A stretch of DNA of 63,927 bases, counting the filler, from Choristocarpus tenellus KU-1152 (taxonomy: Eukaryota > Protista > Phaeophyceae), in assembly GCA_964200185.2 (NCBI GenBank). It is 10 parts of 10 records of this genome, joined end to end, with 100 filler letters (N's around TTAATTAATTAA, not from the genome) between each part and the next. Parts side by side here need not be neighbours in the genome. Positions count along the whole stretch, not along the records: positions 1 to 15,222 come from CAXNAD020001033.1; 9 more parts are not named here. One strand, 5' to 3'. The notes beneath the pieces are model-generated. The model saw nothing but the letters and a program-made list of their open reading frames with translations, did not search any database and had not been told where the DNA came from. This document shows positions 1 through 13,100 of the stretch, piece by piece (the stretch's first letter is position 1; each line of letters opens with the position of its first letter). Both the position numbers and the translations under genes were made by a program.

Positions 1-2541
1 GGGGGGGGGGGGGGGGGGGGGCGGGGGGGGGGGGAAGGGAGGGAAGCGTGGGAGGGGAAGGGAAGAGTTAGCCAGGTACTCAAACTTGTTTTTTACAAAA
101 CAAAATATAAAAAAGGTGAGAGGCACAAGCTGAAAAATGTTATTACACATGTACTTGCCTCCGCCCGGACAACCAAGAGGTGTCTTTACTATCTTGTCTC
201 AACCACCATGATGAGGCGTTTTTTCTATCTCAACCACCATGTGCCTGAGCACAGAGCACACTCAAACGTAGGAGACAAAGAGGGTCTAACACCACACAGC
301 AAGCCCAAGCCGCACGTTTCTGTGTTTCTTACCTTGACACTAAAGCATTACAACAACCTACAGACCACGAAAACAGATTCTACCATCAACAGGGACGGGG
401 GCACAAAACAAGGAAAATATCGAAAGGGTGAGGTTCGGTCACCAAACTTGATCTCTCACCAAGAGATCACTGCCACATGGGATACAAATAACAACATGGA
501 GCTGAACTCACTGTCTGAAGACCGTGAGTCAACAAAGAGCGCCGAGAGCTCTGTAGCGCTCTGGGAGCAGAGCAGACAGAACACAATACATACATGAACG
601 CACGAGAAAACAATCAACCAAAAAATATATATAATTCCTTCAGTAAAAAAGCTCGTATCTCATCGATTTTCAGTTTACCGATTGAATCGCATCCTAAATC
701 AAAATCAGCAGACTCAACTGCGCAATTCCGATTCTTTCAGAAATTTCATCGTCACAAGAGCGCGCGCAATCCTATCCCCTATCGAATGGCACATAGAAAA
801 AATCAGGGCTTTTCATTGGACCAAAAAATACGATGGGACCGGACTGCAGACCAGTCCCGGCAAAGAACACTATAATCGGGACTGGGTCCAGGGTCGTTAG
901 ACATTCAACCGGACAGGGCCACGCACCAGTCCCAGTGAAGTATGCTCAAAAACAGAACCAGTCCAGCATTGTCGGGGTTTTCAACTGGACCGGGTTGAAG
1001 ACTGGCTCTAAAATATACATGGTTTAACGTGGAACAGTCCAAGGTCATCAAAGATTGAAACCGGAACCAGTCCAGTTCGCTCTCAGTTGATCGTATTACA
1101 ATGATGGGAATACGTATGCAGCTTGAGGGATCTTCAAGATTGTGTAGAGTCAGGGGGGGGGGTCCACCAAACATATTTGGACCCGAGGTGGCACAGGTAG
1201 AACACTAATTTTGCTCAGGACTGGCAGACTTATCAACTGAACTGGGTCGTGTGGATTACTAATCTGTAGTAGGGCCAGTCCAGGGTTGTCAGAAAAAAAA
1301 AAGGTGATCGGACCAGGGTTCAGCCCCATGAAAAGTCCTGGAAAAAAAAAGATGTGGTTCGATATTATTGTTCGAGAAATTAAATCACATAGTGCATAGT
1401 ACTATTACGTTGTTGTTTTGATGGAGGGCAGGAAGGCATAAGAGCTAAGAATGATGAAAAAGGATAAGTACTCACTGCACTGTCATTCTTTCATGTCCTT
1501 ACATAGAGAATATTGTGGTTAGGGCTGGATAATGGTTAGTTTGACAGAAAAGGGTACAGAACGAAAGACCCTGAAAATATAATGTGTCACTCTCTGAAGT
1601 GTTGAGTAGGGGATTAATGGGAAAAATTATCATCATACCGCCTGCCAATGTACGGGCCTTTGACTTGGTAGGAAAGCACTGATTTCCCAAAAAGATTAGA
1701 GAGTCAGAAGACGAACAGCCTTAACCCCATCTGAAACACTTCATCCAACATTGGTTGTGGCCAATATTCTACTGTGCTGACGAGGCATCTATCTACCCAC
1801 CATACGCATAGCCTTAGAACGGCGAAAAAAAAGCTCATGCTGCTTCAAAAAGAAATTTACATACCTATACACACATCCACATACAAGTCTATGATGGCTT
1901 CGTAAGTCAAGATGTGGTTTTAAGATGAGGAAAATAGAGAATGAATGCCCCTTGCCTGTGCATCATGGATGGACGCACACGCCTTTAATCTTGTGTGCGA
2001 GTCTCAAAATGTCTACATAGCACAGATCACGATGATGTTAACACCAACTCTCAATACCTAGTGGATACTGCTCATATATGATACCGTGAAAAATCAAAAA
2101 AACGACTGCGGTACCAGTAAGACATCCACGAAATACGTTGAATCACAGTAACATAGAGCATTATAGCACCACCGACTGCAAGTACTGAGAAAAGTACTGC
2201 GGGTAGTGAAGTGATCAAGATCGAAAAAGTATATGCGAGATGGCTTTCTTTCCGCTCGTAAGTGTCCTCCTGAGTCGTGAGTTTGAACGGTCACATACTT
2301 GAACAGAATTATAAAAGCTAAAAAGACACCAGATCGAACATGTGCGGGTGGTGCACGCCAGTTCAATACCTCGACTGGAGAGTCTTAACCCTCCTGCGGG
2401 TGAAAGCTTTTGTACCGAGGAAAAATACTCCACCTTACACCTTTTGTCTCCAAAACATTGGACCGAACAGCGCGAACGGAGCAACCTAACAGCACGAAAT
2501 ACCACTCCCAACAAAGGTTATCGACCGATGAAGATTGTTAC

Positions 2542-3061
2542 CTCCTGCTCCTCCTGCTCGTTTAGAGCTCGCAACTTGAATACCCTATTGGGGGCAGTTA
2601 GGACGAAGCCCTCGCCCGTCCTCGATCCTCTCTCCACCGACCATCCCGATCCAACCGTAAGCGCCCGCTTTGGCTCCGTGTCTCCCTTTTTCCGAAAGTG
2701 GCTAAATGTCGTGCCCTATAATGGACAGCAGATAATCGCAGGTCAAGCAAAGCAAAGGTGTCGGACGATGAGGTGAGATGTGTAAATCAAGGTGCACAAG
2801 GTTGGCTGCGAAGTAACTGTACATCGCAACCTGATTCGTATAGTAAAGAGAATCGGGAGAATAATGATAGGAAGCGGTCAACAGTGACGGCCGGATTTGA
2901 AAGAAGGACGAATCCTCAAAAAATAAGCCAAACATTCCATCTCGAAGCAAAAGGCAATAGGAGTGTAAGGCGAGAAATACCTCCCTCACCTTTAGAACGA
3001 AGTATCGTTCTTTCCAGAGTACTAGCCCCTTCTTATGAAGCGTTCCGTACAGAAAAACCAT
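2542..3061 (-). CDS. Pleckstrin-homology (PH) domain protein, 5' exons (3061-2990, 2715-2542); gene probably continues leftwards (candidate exon near 512-561)
   Basis: Two phase-0 GT-AG exons join to MVFLYGTLHKKGLVLWKERYFVLK|GTTFSHFRKKGDTEPKRALTV...FVLTAPNRVFKLRALNEQEEQE. This matches the PH pattern G-x-L-x-K...WK-x-RYFVL and F-x-L-x-A. The exon carrying the conserved terminal Trp was not located. Confidence 0.8.
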
Positions 3062-3729
3062 GCTTTGAATCTCTGGAAGCTTGAGGTGCGGGGGTTGCCA
3101 GTTCCACCTCCAGCAAACCCCGCCCCCCTACACTGGAAAACCGTGTCGCGACCAAGGCCGCGCTGAAACACCCACGAACCAACCTCTAGCCCAGGCCTTT
3201 TCCTCCGGGCGGTTTCCCTGCTACAACTAGACCGTTGGGAAGTCGGTCGGTCAATTCCACCGGTCCAGCTCACCTCTTGAGATTAAAGAACCCTTCTGTC
3301 CCTTCACTAAACTACCCAATCACGGTCCTCCCACAGCACAAGCACTCTACAGTGTGGTAATAATTCAACTGCTTCCCGTGCACACTTCCCGATCCTTCAG
3401 TGTTCAGTAGTAGGTCGTCGCCCCGTTTGGACTTTTCACAACTAATTTGTGTGATACATCAAAAGTTTAGAGTCAATCAACACTACCAGTTTAGGAAAGA
3501 GAGACAGAGGTAAAAACCACAAACATGAAAATAATGGACACGTTGAATATATTTTATTATTTCGATGGGTAACTGCCCATTTTTTGTAGAAGACGGCGGG
3601 AACTAACGCATCAAGTAGGGTACTGCGAAGTTGGAATAAACGAACCACACAACCCCACATATCACAATCGCACAACCAAACGTGGACGAAGGACGTGAGG
3701 CGATAGTGTTTCTTTTATACCCTCTAACC

Positions 3730-6700
3730 ATGTCCTCGTACCGCTCCTTGACGTACCATACTCGAGATGGCGCTGACGACTTAGAGGCCCTAACTTCCAG
3801 GCTAAGTGCGGAGCTTCGGAGTCAAATAAGAGCCTTGGTGAGGAAAGCTGAGCGAAGCAAGGGAAGGAACACATTGAAGTAGCCTCAATCTGTTGTGCAA
3901 AGACCACCTGGGCAGTATAATACGTTCGGTGCTTGGATGGCTTGGTGGTTTGGTGCAAATTTGGAACTAGGCAACCACTGCATTGGTTTTGTTACCTTGC
4001 TTTCGCGACCTCCCGGTGCTGTCAGTTAGAGGTAATTAGGGGGGAAGGAAACGTAACATCCCGTGGTAGTGGAAAGGGTACAGATCAGCGTAAAACCTTA
4101 ATTCCAAGGGCAATCTTAATTGATGTCCTAGCTTTCTCCCCTCTCTGGAAATATATGCAGGCTTCTTTTCCGCTATTGTCAGAGCCTTGGTGCGAGATGG
4201 CAAAAACCCTTGGACGCATCGCTCAAGTTTCTGAGACTGAGGTATTGCTCATGATGATTTCAAGCACAATGGGACTACGGGTCCCTGCTCTAGAAGTATG
4301 CGCTATATGTTTTGAGGTCGATAATTATATGTATGTGTATGCGTGTTATGTATGATGCGGTCGTATACTGCAGAAAACAAAGGGCTTGATGACGAATGGT
4401 ATGATTGCTAGAGAGAAAACAGGTGGGGAAGGTTGGCGCTCAATAATGTAGAAGGCTTGCATTTGATAATAGAGGTGCTGCAGAGATATTGAAAATAATA
4501 ATCACCATAATGACTCCTATATCAGAGTGTGTGGCCATTGACATCAGCATCAATGCTGTTTGAGATGTGGTGCTGATCATTTGGTTTCTTTTCAATTCCA
4601 CAGGCAACACTAGGTAGCGCATGCACTGAGGAAAACAAGAAGGAGGAAGACAAAACGCTCTGGGAAGGAGAGGTGATACTCCCCAGCAATATCTTGCCCG
4701 TTGACCTATATGTACATGCAACCACATTATTCAATTGTCTTGCAAGCGCTTACTCCCCTGGCTGTACAGCTTCTTTCGGGTATGTTCATTGCCTTTGTCA
4801 TCAATTGGCAAGCGGCAGCCTTGCTGCTTCTTCGAACTCTGAAAAGTACAGCCTTCAGTTCGTATTGAAGGGTCGGGAGTCTCAAATCTTTGGAATAGGG
4901 ATGTGCCAAGGTCAAGCACCAGAACTCCCAACCGAGTTCCCACTATGATACAAGCTCGCCCAAACTCAACACGATAATCGTCCAAATTCTGTGCAAGGAC
5001 TGTTCTTGAGGTCATTGGCACAACCTCAGCATTACAAACACAGTGTATGTAGTAAAACAAAGAGTTGGGCAATTGCGTCAGCCCTCACTTTAGCTAACAA
5101 ACAAGCAACAAAATTGGTTGGAAACATGCTAAAAAGTGACAAACCCACGGAATCGTTTCACCATATCCTGAAGGAATTGGCGCTAAGGTATGTGCTGGAG
5201 GATGGCAAGCTCAATGTGTGTCTTCGTAACCTAACTGAATGGAGGGAGTTTGAAAAAAAGAGGAGGGCTCAAAAAGATGATGCAAAGGAAGAGAAAAAGG
5301 AGGTATGATATGCAGTTGTTTGATGCAAGGCAATGTGTGCAGGTGTGTCTGTTGGGGTAGCGGGATGAAGCACACAAGGAGCACTCACTATCAATGTGAT
5401 AGGGAGGTCCAGGGGCTTGAACGAGAGGGGGGGAGGCAAGCAAAACACCACGTCCTTTCTCACCTTTTAAAGGTCAATTACAACAGTAGTAACTGCTTTT
5501 ACGCTCACTCTACTCAATGAATCACTTTCCAGGTGCAAACTCCCTAAGAAGCGCAAGTCCCACAATTGCACCCATTTTCTGTGAATGAATGTATCAGGCG
5601 GATTTACTGGACGACTTTGAGAAGGGTATGGGGATGATGCTATGCCATGCCTGGAACCATGTCGAGGCCCTCCAGACAACTGACATCCCACTTCTTGTGC
5701 ATTACATTACTGGGGTTAGTCAGAGCAATGATCGCAAACTAAAGTACATTCAGTCATTCAGCACACCAAATATGTAAGCTGAAACTCCCCCTTGAAAAAA
5801 AAGAGTAAATATGGGTGCCATAGTATCTTTGAGGGTGTGTGTGTGTTTAGCCGAAGCTGTCCATTTTGGGGCTTCATTGAGTGTTGTAAAATACCCCAGT
5901 TTGATACCCGGCTTAAAGCAGGGTGTGTGTGTGGAAAAGAATAGTGTGTTCAGATGAACGAAATTGCCCTTACATCTGACACGTTCACGCAGATGACATG
6001 AAAACATCACTACAGGTTCACACAGGCCCTGAATGGTCCCCTGACCCCCCCTCTAGTATACTATGTGTCATGGGAGATCTTCTGGGGGGGGGGGGGACCA
6101 AGCATTGTTCTGAATGCAGCTCAAAGTATCTTGGGGTGTGCGTGGAGGTTCTACACCAGGGTATCCATTCAGACCCAAACCAGGAAAACTGCACTTACAT
6201 TATCCATCTAACACATGCAACCAAATCACCCAAAAACCGCGTCATGGAAAAATGGGCTCCAAATGGACAGTTGCCACCCCCCCCCCCCCAGATACTCTGA
6301 GCCTGCAACACAGTAGATAGTTCAGGAACAACACTACTAGAGATACTGTATACCCTCTTAGGGTTAGGTAGGAGCATTCTCCTCTACTGACTGCTACAAG
6401 CATTTTCATGCCCTGTAGGTGCTTGAGGAAACAGTCAAGGATCCTCAAAGGGTAAGGGAGATGAGCCTCAGGGGAGACATCAATAATAGACAAGAGGTAA
6501 GCACCTTTCTATGTATGTGCATGTGCCCATGTGATTGCAGTAGTTGCAGGTGGTGTTGGCGGAGGTACAGAGACAAGTTCTTCACGATGATGTCATTTTG
6601 TGATTATAGTAGACATGGTTGGAGAAGTAAGCATCAAGACCCACCACATATACACGAGCTGTGATACAAGTTCTCCAAAGAGTTCTCTTTTCTGTATTGG

Positions 6701-7228
6701 GAGTTGGTCTTATGAAAAAACGTTGTGCGTACTTTGTGCCTCTACATGCCAATTTGCAATGCCGTATGAATAAATATATTAAAAGGCCAGCAGCATACAA
6801 CAAGCAAAGAGTTTCCTTAGAGAGGAGAGAAGTGCTGGTCAGTCCCAGTCGATGTTGCTGTCACAGTTTGCTAATACCTTAATTTATCTCTCATGCATCC
6901 CCGTACCTCACTAAACCCTCCTTTATTCCATAGCACTAGGAAGCGTTCCTCTACCAAGCCCCCAAGTTGCTTCCCTGCCACCCTGGCCTCGAAACACATA
7001 ACTGGTATACAGCAGGTTATGTGCCTCCACTATTTCCACAGCCTCATCTCCCACGTGGATTGCATGGGTGAGGAACGTGTCATGCCTTTTGTCAGGGCTG
7101 CCGGGACTACCACAGCCCTGGCAAAAATGCTGCACACGAACCATTCGTGGATTGGAGATTCAGCATTGATGCTCGGAGCAGAAGTTCTCGCTATGGTCTG
7201 TGCGACAGAGGACTTTGCAACATACAGA
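3730..7228 (+). CDS. Uncharacterised multi-exon, probably helical protein; first exon and 3' end uncertain
   Basis: Frame-compatible phase-0 GT-AG exons ending 4241, then 4604-4672, 5174-5302, 5598-5714, 6419-6496 and 7016-7228. They give ...ASFPLLSEPWCEMAKTLGRIAQVSETE|ATLG...KTLWEGE|ELALRYVLEDGKLNVCLRNL...|ADLLDDFEKGMG...EDFATYR. The ATG at 3730 is tentative. Confidence 0.7.
6118..6303 (+). mobile_element. MITE family B (~180 bp), intronic
   Basis: TIRs AGCTCAAAGTATCT...AGATACTCTGAGCC with G/C tracts; flanks TGC/TGC; similar to copies at 7286, 45678, 55179 and 57019. Confidence 0.85.
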
Positions 7229-7285
7229 GTGAGTAAGGAGGGTGTGGTGCAGAAGAATCAATCCCTTTCACTAATCAAGAAGGAA

Positions 7286-7464
7286 GGCTCAAAGTATCTG
7301 TGGGGGGGTGACAGCCGTCTATTTTGGGTCAATTTTTTCATGTCGCGATTTTTGGGTGATTTGGTTGCACAAGTCGGATGGTTAATGTAAGTGCACTTTT
7401 CCTCGTTTTGATCCAAGTGGACACCCTGGTGTAGACCCCCCCCCACCCCCAGATACTTTGAGTC
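7286..7464 (-). mobile_element. MITE family B
   Basis: GGCTCAAAGTATCT...AGATACTTTGAGTC; flanks GGAA/GAAA (GAA exact). Confidence 0.85.
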
Positions 7465-7759
7465 GAAACATGCAGACTTTTCCCATCAACTAGAGTAAAT
7501 GTTGTTGCTTGATTGTATTATGTCCCCTGCAATACCCCTCTCAATATCACACTATTGGTCCTTCTTCTTGAATTAACATTAATTGTTCCTTTTGAATGAG
7601 ATGGTACCATTATCAGTATAATTAATGAAAGTCACCTCTATGACTTTTGATTGAAAAGAAGTGCAAGTTGAGAGGGTCAGGAACTAACCAAAGAGGCATA
7701 ACAAGGAACCTGCAAGGAGTTAAACCACACTACTTTGTGGTATACAGCATGGCTCTCAA

Positions 7760-8160
7760 TGTCCCCACTATATGGTGTTGGCAGTCGCCTCTAGGATAAG
7801 ACCGGCCTTGATTAATTTCTAGGTGATGTAAGGCGTCCTGATCAGTGACCAGCGTATCAAATTAAAGCTGAGATCAAATGCTATCAATAAACACAAAGAA
7901 ATCAGATACCAAATTACTTTGTGTTGAGTTAAAAAAAAAATGGCGAAAGGTTCAGTTGAATTACCAAAATAATGAAAATCACCGAAAATCATATCAAGAT
8001 ACTTTTTTTGCGACCAGATTTATTTGCACCAATCGATTGCTTATGATCTCAGCTTTAATTTGATATGCTGATCGCCAATCAGGTCCCCTTACATCACCTC
8101 AAAACTAACCGAGACCAGTGATGCTGTCATAAAGGTGATTTTTAACAATATACTGTGCGA
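7760..8160. repeat. Long imperfect inverted repeat (fold-back element)
   Basis: CAAATTAAAGCTGAGATCA (~7858) pairs with TGATCTCAGCTTTAATTTG (~8044); GGTGATGTAAGG pairs with CCTTACATCACC; weaker similarity extends outward. Ends are approximate. Confidence 0.75.
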
Positions 8161-11100
8161 GACTTTCGGAAATTAACCTTCGCACGCAGCTAGCTCACTA
8201 CAACATAGATTGTCCACGCAGAACTCGGCACAATGGCTGCAGAAGCCCCTTTGTCAAAGGACATGCTAGATATCGTGGTACAGTCTCTACCTCCAGGCTT
8301 CAAGTTTCACACAAGTCGAAGGCTGAGGTTGGGCAGAGCTTACGCGCTGGTGAATGCTGTGTGTTGAGAGGGGGACTCGTGAGTCAATCACTGTGGAACA
8401 AGAAATCAAAGAGGGGTCGCGACTACGACCGAGAGCATGTATTCTTGGACAGGCTCGATGATGAGGGCTGGCTGCTGTCTGATGAGCTTTAGGCATAACA
8501 GTGGAGCTACAATAACAATGAGGAGTTTAGGGTTGCACATAGACAGATGAGACACGGAGGATCACGACTCTTCTTCTACCATGAAAAAACTCATGCTGGG
8601 AGGGGAGAAACAACCCTCCAAGCCATATACTCGACGACAGACGGACGGATGTCTAAGTTACTTGATTTTATTGAGGAAAATCGCCCTCTCGCCCATCGCA
8701 ACACAACCAAATCCAACCTATCTAATAATGTTAGGAGTGATTCAATGGTCGTATCAAGCTTTATTTCGATGAAAAACTCCAATCAGATTGAAAGTTAGAG
8801 CAGGACAAATTCTGTCCTAGAGCGAATGCCAACACCATAGGAGCATACTCTGTGCAAAAAAAAGGGGCCCTGATGCAGGTGACAGGGTTTATTGTTCTTT
8901 CTGACTCACTGCAACCACCGTATATGATATGCTTCAAGCATAATGATACTAGGTTCGTGAAAACTGCTCAGTGTCTGAGTCACTCATGGACAAAAAAAAA
9001 AGATTAGGTAAAAATCTAGCTGCAGCTAAGAAGTGCTTATTATCTGTGTGTGGTCCATGGTTATTCCAATGCATACAAATGCAAACCATTCTTTAGAACA
9101 CATCTGCCATGCACAAGGTCACCCACAAGCCCTCCAGGGCACACAATCTTGGCACAAGAATCAGTAACCCAAGCGACCCCTTGAATGGACTGGATTCAAT
9201 GCTTCAGGACTTATACATCGATGCTGAGAATCTAAGGACGTATATTAGCCTCCAGGGGGATTTTTTGAGAGCACTCTGCCAAGAAGCTGAAGTGCGGCGG
9301 AAGCTCAGGCGAGTCTGTATCCCAAAATTTTATCCATCACACTCTCTTCCGCTTTACTAAATCACTGCTTCAACCATAGTGCTCAAAAGTGAGGGATTCC
9401 TTCTGTTTCAGGTCATTGTGTTACAAACGAAAGCTATAATTTCAAAGTGTTCAAAGTGCCAAAACAAAACCCAATGTCCCAAACATGGTTCACTTATGGC
9501 CATGCGTACCTTTGCTCCATAAAAAATATTCAGATCACCTGTATGCTTCCATTGTCCGTTTTGTCATGACCACAAGGCAAAACACAAGCTGACCACACCA
9601 GTGGGCAGATGACCACTCAGTCATACTTCCAAAGTTATTTTACATAGTATAATGCTGTTAGTGCTTCAGAACCATCCTATGTTAGAGGGAGGTACCGTTG
9701 AATATTTGGGCCCTTGCAACTGCCTTCCAGTATATGCACTTCTAGTACCCTGGAGGGCGATTTTATACCAATGTGGACAAACGGTTGTCTTCTGTTCTGC
9801 AGTCCCAGCATCCAAAGGGGGTTGGGGTTAGAAGCATTTCAGTCTTAGGAATGGCAGAAAGGATTAAAGAGTCCTGAATACTCAAAAGGGCCTAATTGCA
9901 CTCCTCCTAGCACAGGACGGCTCTGAGGATATGGAGCATGGTATTGGCATCTTTGGTGTACAGTCAGCACAAAGAGCCCAGTTCGTGAATGTATTGTCTC
10001 CAACTTTGGACTACGAGATCACTGCTGGATGTGTTCGTTGCTTGGCTCATCGCAGAAGCGTTTACACTCTTTCTTTTCTGTCAGAGTTCATACAAGCAGT
10101 ACCTCGGCCCTTTCCTCATCCACACTTGACTTCCCTCATTTGTCCCCAAATGGACCTGGAGGACGACATGTGTACATCTAAACATCAGGATGAAAGGTAT
10201 AACGGGGTAGGGTAATGCACAAGCATCCTTCATGCTTGGTCCTTCCCTGTGAGTAATTACAACTAACTACATTGACGCAATTGCCTGAAACCCTCCCCAC
10301 ACCCCCTGCTGTTCATGACATACCAGGCCTCTGCTATATATTTTGTCTCAATGCAGCCGACATGTTGATCGTGGTGCTAGCCACCGCACTTGAGAGAGGA
10401 GATGCATGTGGGAGAAAACCATCGTGCTGTCTTTTGTCCATACAAGCATAATGCAAGAGGTTCACAAATTGAAATAAGATCGACAACATGCAGCAAGATA
10501 GCATTCTTGAAAAAATACAAGCCCACCAACAAAAGAAGGAGAGGGCAACAAACATCCTTGCTGGTCGAAACATTTACTTGGAAGCACTACGTGGTTTAAC
10601 CACTGCATCCCTTCTAGGCAACCACGAAGTAGCTCCCTAGCTGAGCGTAACAATGTCAGAGGAGATGCTGCAATGAGTTGAGTTATTTTGCTCAAATCCC
10701 TACAGTCCTGTTGATAGCATAAAATGCATGTAGGCAATGGTGACAAGGCTATACCCACCATGGGCAGATGACAGCACAACAGGAAAAGGGTAAGAACGAA
10801 CCGACAGGTTGTAATAAACTCACTACATACGAAATTCATGAAAAGGATCAATCCCCCTTTCCACCACCACTCCACATCAAATGGAGCTTGCAACGGTTGG
10901 ACTTGGACGCCTTGGAATAATAAGGCACCTCGAGTTTGGTATCTGCCATCTTGATACGACGAAAGTCCAAAAGAGACTGTCAAATAGTAGAGGTTTGTTA
11001 CTTTTTGTCCTCTATTTACTGACATTTTCTGTAATAGTGTACGTCGTAAGTAGTATTGTACTTTAATTGAAGTACATAGAAGTAAGAGGTGGGAAGAAAT

Positions 11101-11459
11101 AACATAATAAAAAGAGACAGTTGTCGGCATACCATAAGAAAAACAATGATTGAGAGGTACTGACCAAAAAAGGAAGAATGATTACAAAGTAATAAATAAG
11201 AATAACTATTTATAAACAATACACCGAAAGAAAATATACTAAACTTTGTTTTTATCAATGGAATAATAATAACACAATAAACCTTTTCAACACAAATAAG
11301 ACCATGGTTACTTCAACATGTCACATTTTGTCAAACAATAAAATAGTTTTGTTGAACAAAATTGAAGGCTGGGAACTTTCTCAACATAATCCGTGGGGCC
11401 ACCAATCACGCATTCTCCCTATCCCTCCTGTATCTCCTTGAAGTTGTTCCTAGACCCCC

Positions 11460-13100
11460 TCACTCACACTTATCTTTATCCTCCCACAAAACAGAGTAGG
11501 GAAAACGGTACACCTTCGATTCGATCTCAGCCTCTAATTTTACTAAACATCGACGCACCACTGCTCCCCTAGGGCAGACAGTTACGGCACTGACCGCTAC
11601 AATGTGCGCATCTGGTCGTGGTATTGAGGGTTTGTTGGTATTGTCATCTGCTTCAGAGGAAGAAGCCACCTAATGTCAGAAACTTCGATATGGAGGACAG
11701 GGGACAGTGGAAGACCTCTTCAGAGTAATCCACACGGTCCAGGAGGGCTTGATGGGCGCTCGAAGAGAGGGGTGACACAGACTTTAACAGAGGACAGAGC
11801 TCCACGGACTAGACGACGCCAGATAAGGAGGCGAGATGGCGACAACATCGAGTGATGTCGCCGACCTAGGCTTTTCGAGGAATCAAGCACATACGAATCC
11901 TGACAGAAGGATTGGAAGGAAGCACCCAGTGACAGCACTGTCGATAAACTTTCCCAAGTGAAATGGTAAAAGAGGAGGCTTCTTGCAAATCAAGAAGGGA
12001 TTGCTGTCCCATGCTGTTTGTTTTGGGAGGATGGAAGAATGTTCTGTTGAAGAGGGAACCCATACGTGTGATGTCGGAATATTTTGATGAGATAGTGTTG
12101 ATGAGGGTGATGTGCTAGAAGCACATACAGGCTTGGCGGGCCTAGACAGTGGATGGTGAAGGTGGTACAAGAGAAGAATGGTGTGAGCGATATTGGTACT
12201 AGCAAAAATCAGAGACTACGGGATAGAATTATGACAGGAGCGCTTTCCTGACTCCGTACATTAGCAGGAGAAAGATGGATGTGTGGTCCTGGAACAGGCG
12301 AAAGGGAAAACGCGAAAATCCATCCCAATTCTCTACAGCAGAACATGAAGATAGATGTGTGATCCTGGAACGGACGAAAGGGAAACGTGGAAATTGAGAT
12401 GACTCATTGGTGGGGACAACAAAGATAACGTGGCACCAGTTCAACAAAGTCCGATACATGGCTGCGCATCCAGAATAGAGCAGAGCACAAGAGTTAAGAT
12501 CTGGTGGAGATAGAATTACTTGAGTAGAGACCATTTGGATGATGAACATTTTTGATTAGTATTAAATGAACTTGTATGGATTTGAGCTTTGCACTATCGA
12601 GTTCAAATAGCGTGGGAAAGACGACTCGTCATATCGAATAATTTGACCCAATATCAAGATGGATTCCAAGGCTGATGAATCGATTTCATTTTGAGCAAGG
12701 TAAGGATGGAATCTGAGCATTGTGTGACTGAAAGTTGGGGACTCTTGCATATTAAGAGTAGGGGAGTACAATAATGACCATTGTTGACATCACACTGGGT
12801 GTCAATAGAAGGTTAGTGTGTCAAACAGTGGTTTGCGATTTGTAATATTGACCCCTTGTGAGATAAGGAATGTTCATGACTAGTGATATTGATTACTGCA
12901 GCAGTACCACCGTGTGCGTCATGAGCTGGGGCGTGTGCCAGACAGTGACTTTTGTGTTTTGTCCTATTGACACTTAGTGTGATAGTGAATGATGGGAGTG
13001 GTATTGTACCTTTAGTGAAGTAGACACAAGAAGTATCAGGTAGGAAGAAACCATACAGGAAAAAGAGCCAGTTGCCAGCGTAAGATGAAGAGCGATTGAG
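11460..13100 (-). mobile_element. Possible decayed non-LTR retrotransposon 3' region (restriction-like endonuclease type)
   Basis: Broken minus-strand frames contain RSRITHL, an RRHH motif and RPDAHIVAVSAVTVCP...EAEIESKVY, resembling the RPD...E-x-x-K-x-x-Y endonuclease motif. Many stops and frameshifts. Confidence 0.35.

Noticed and set aside
6118-7464. Inverted MITE-B pair as a composite element capturing two exons
   Set aside because: Each copy has its own flanking duplication, the copies are not especially alike, and the exons continue an intact host gene.
8547-10960. Further exons of the upstream gene or a separate gene
   Set aside because: No frame-consistent, convincing exon chain could be built.
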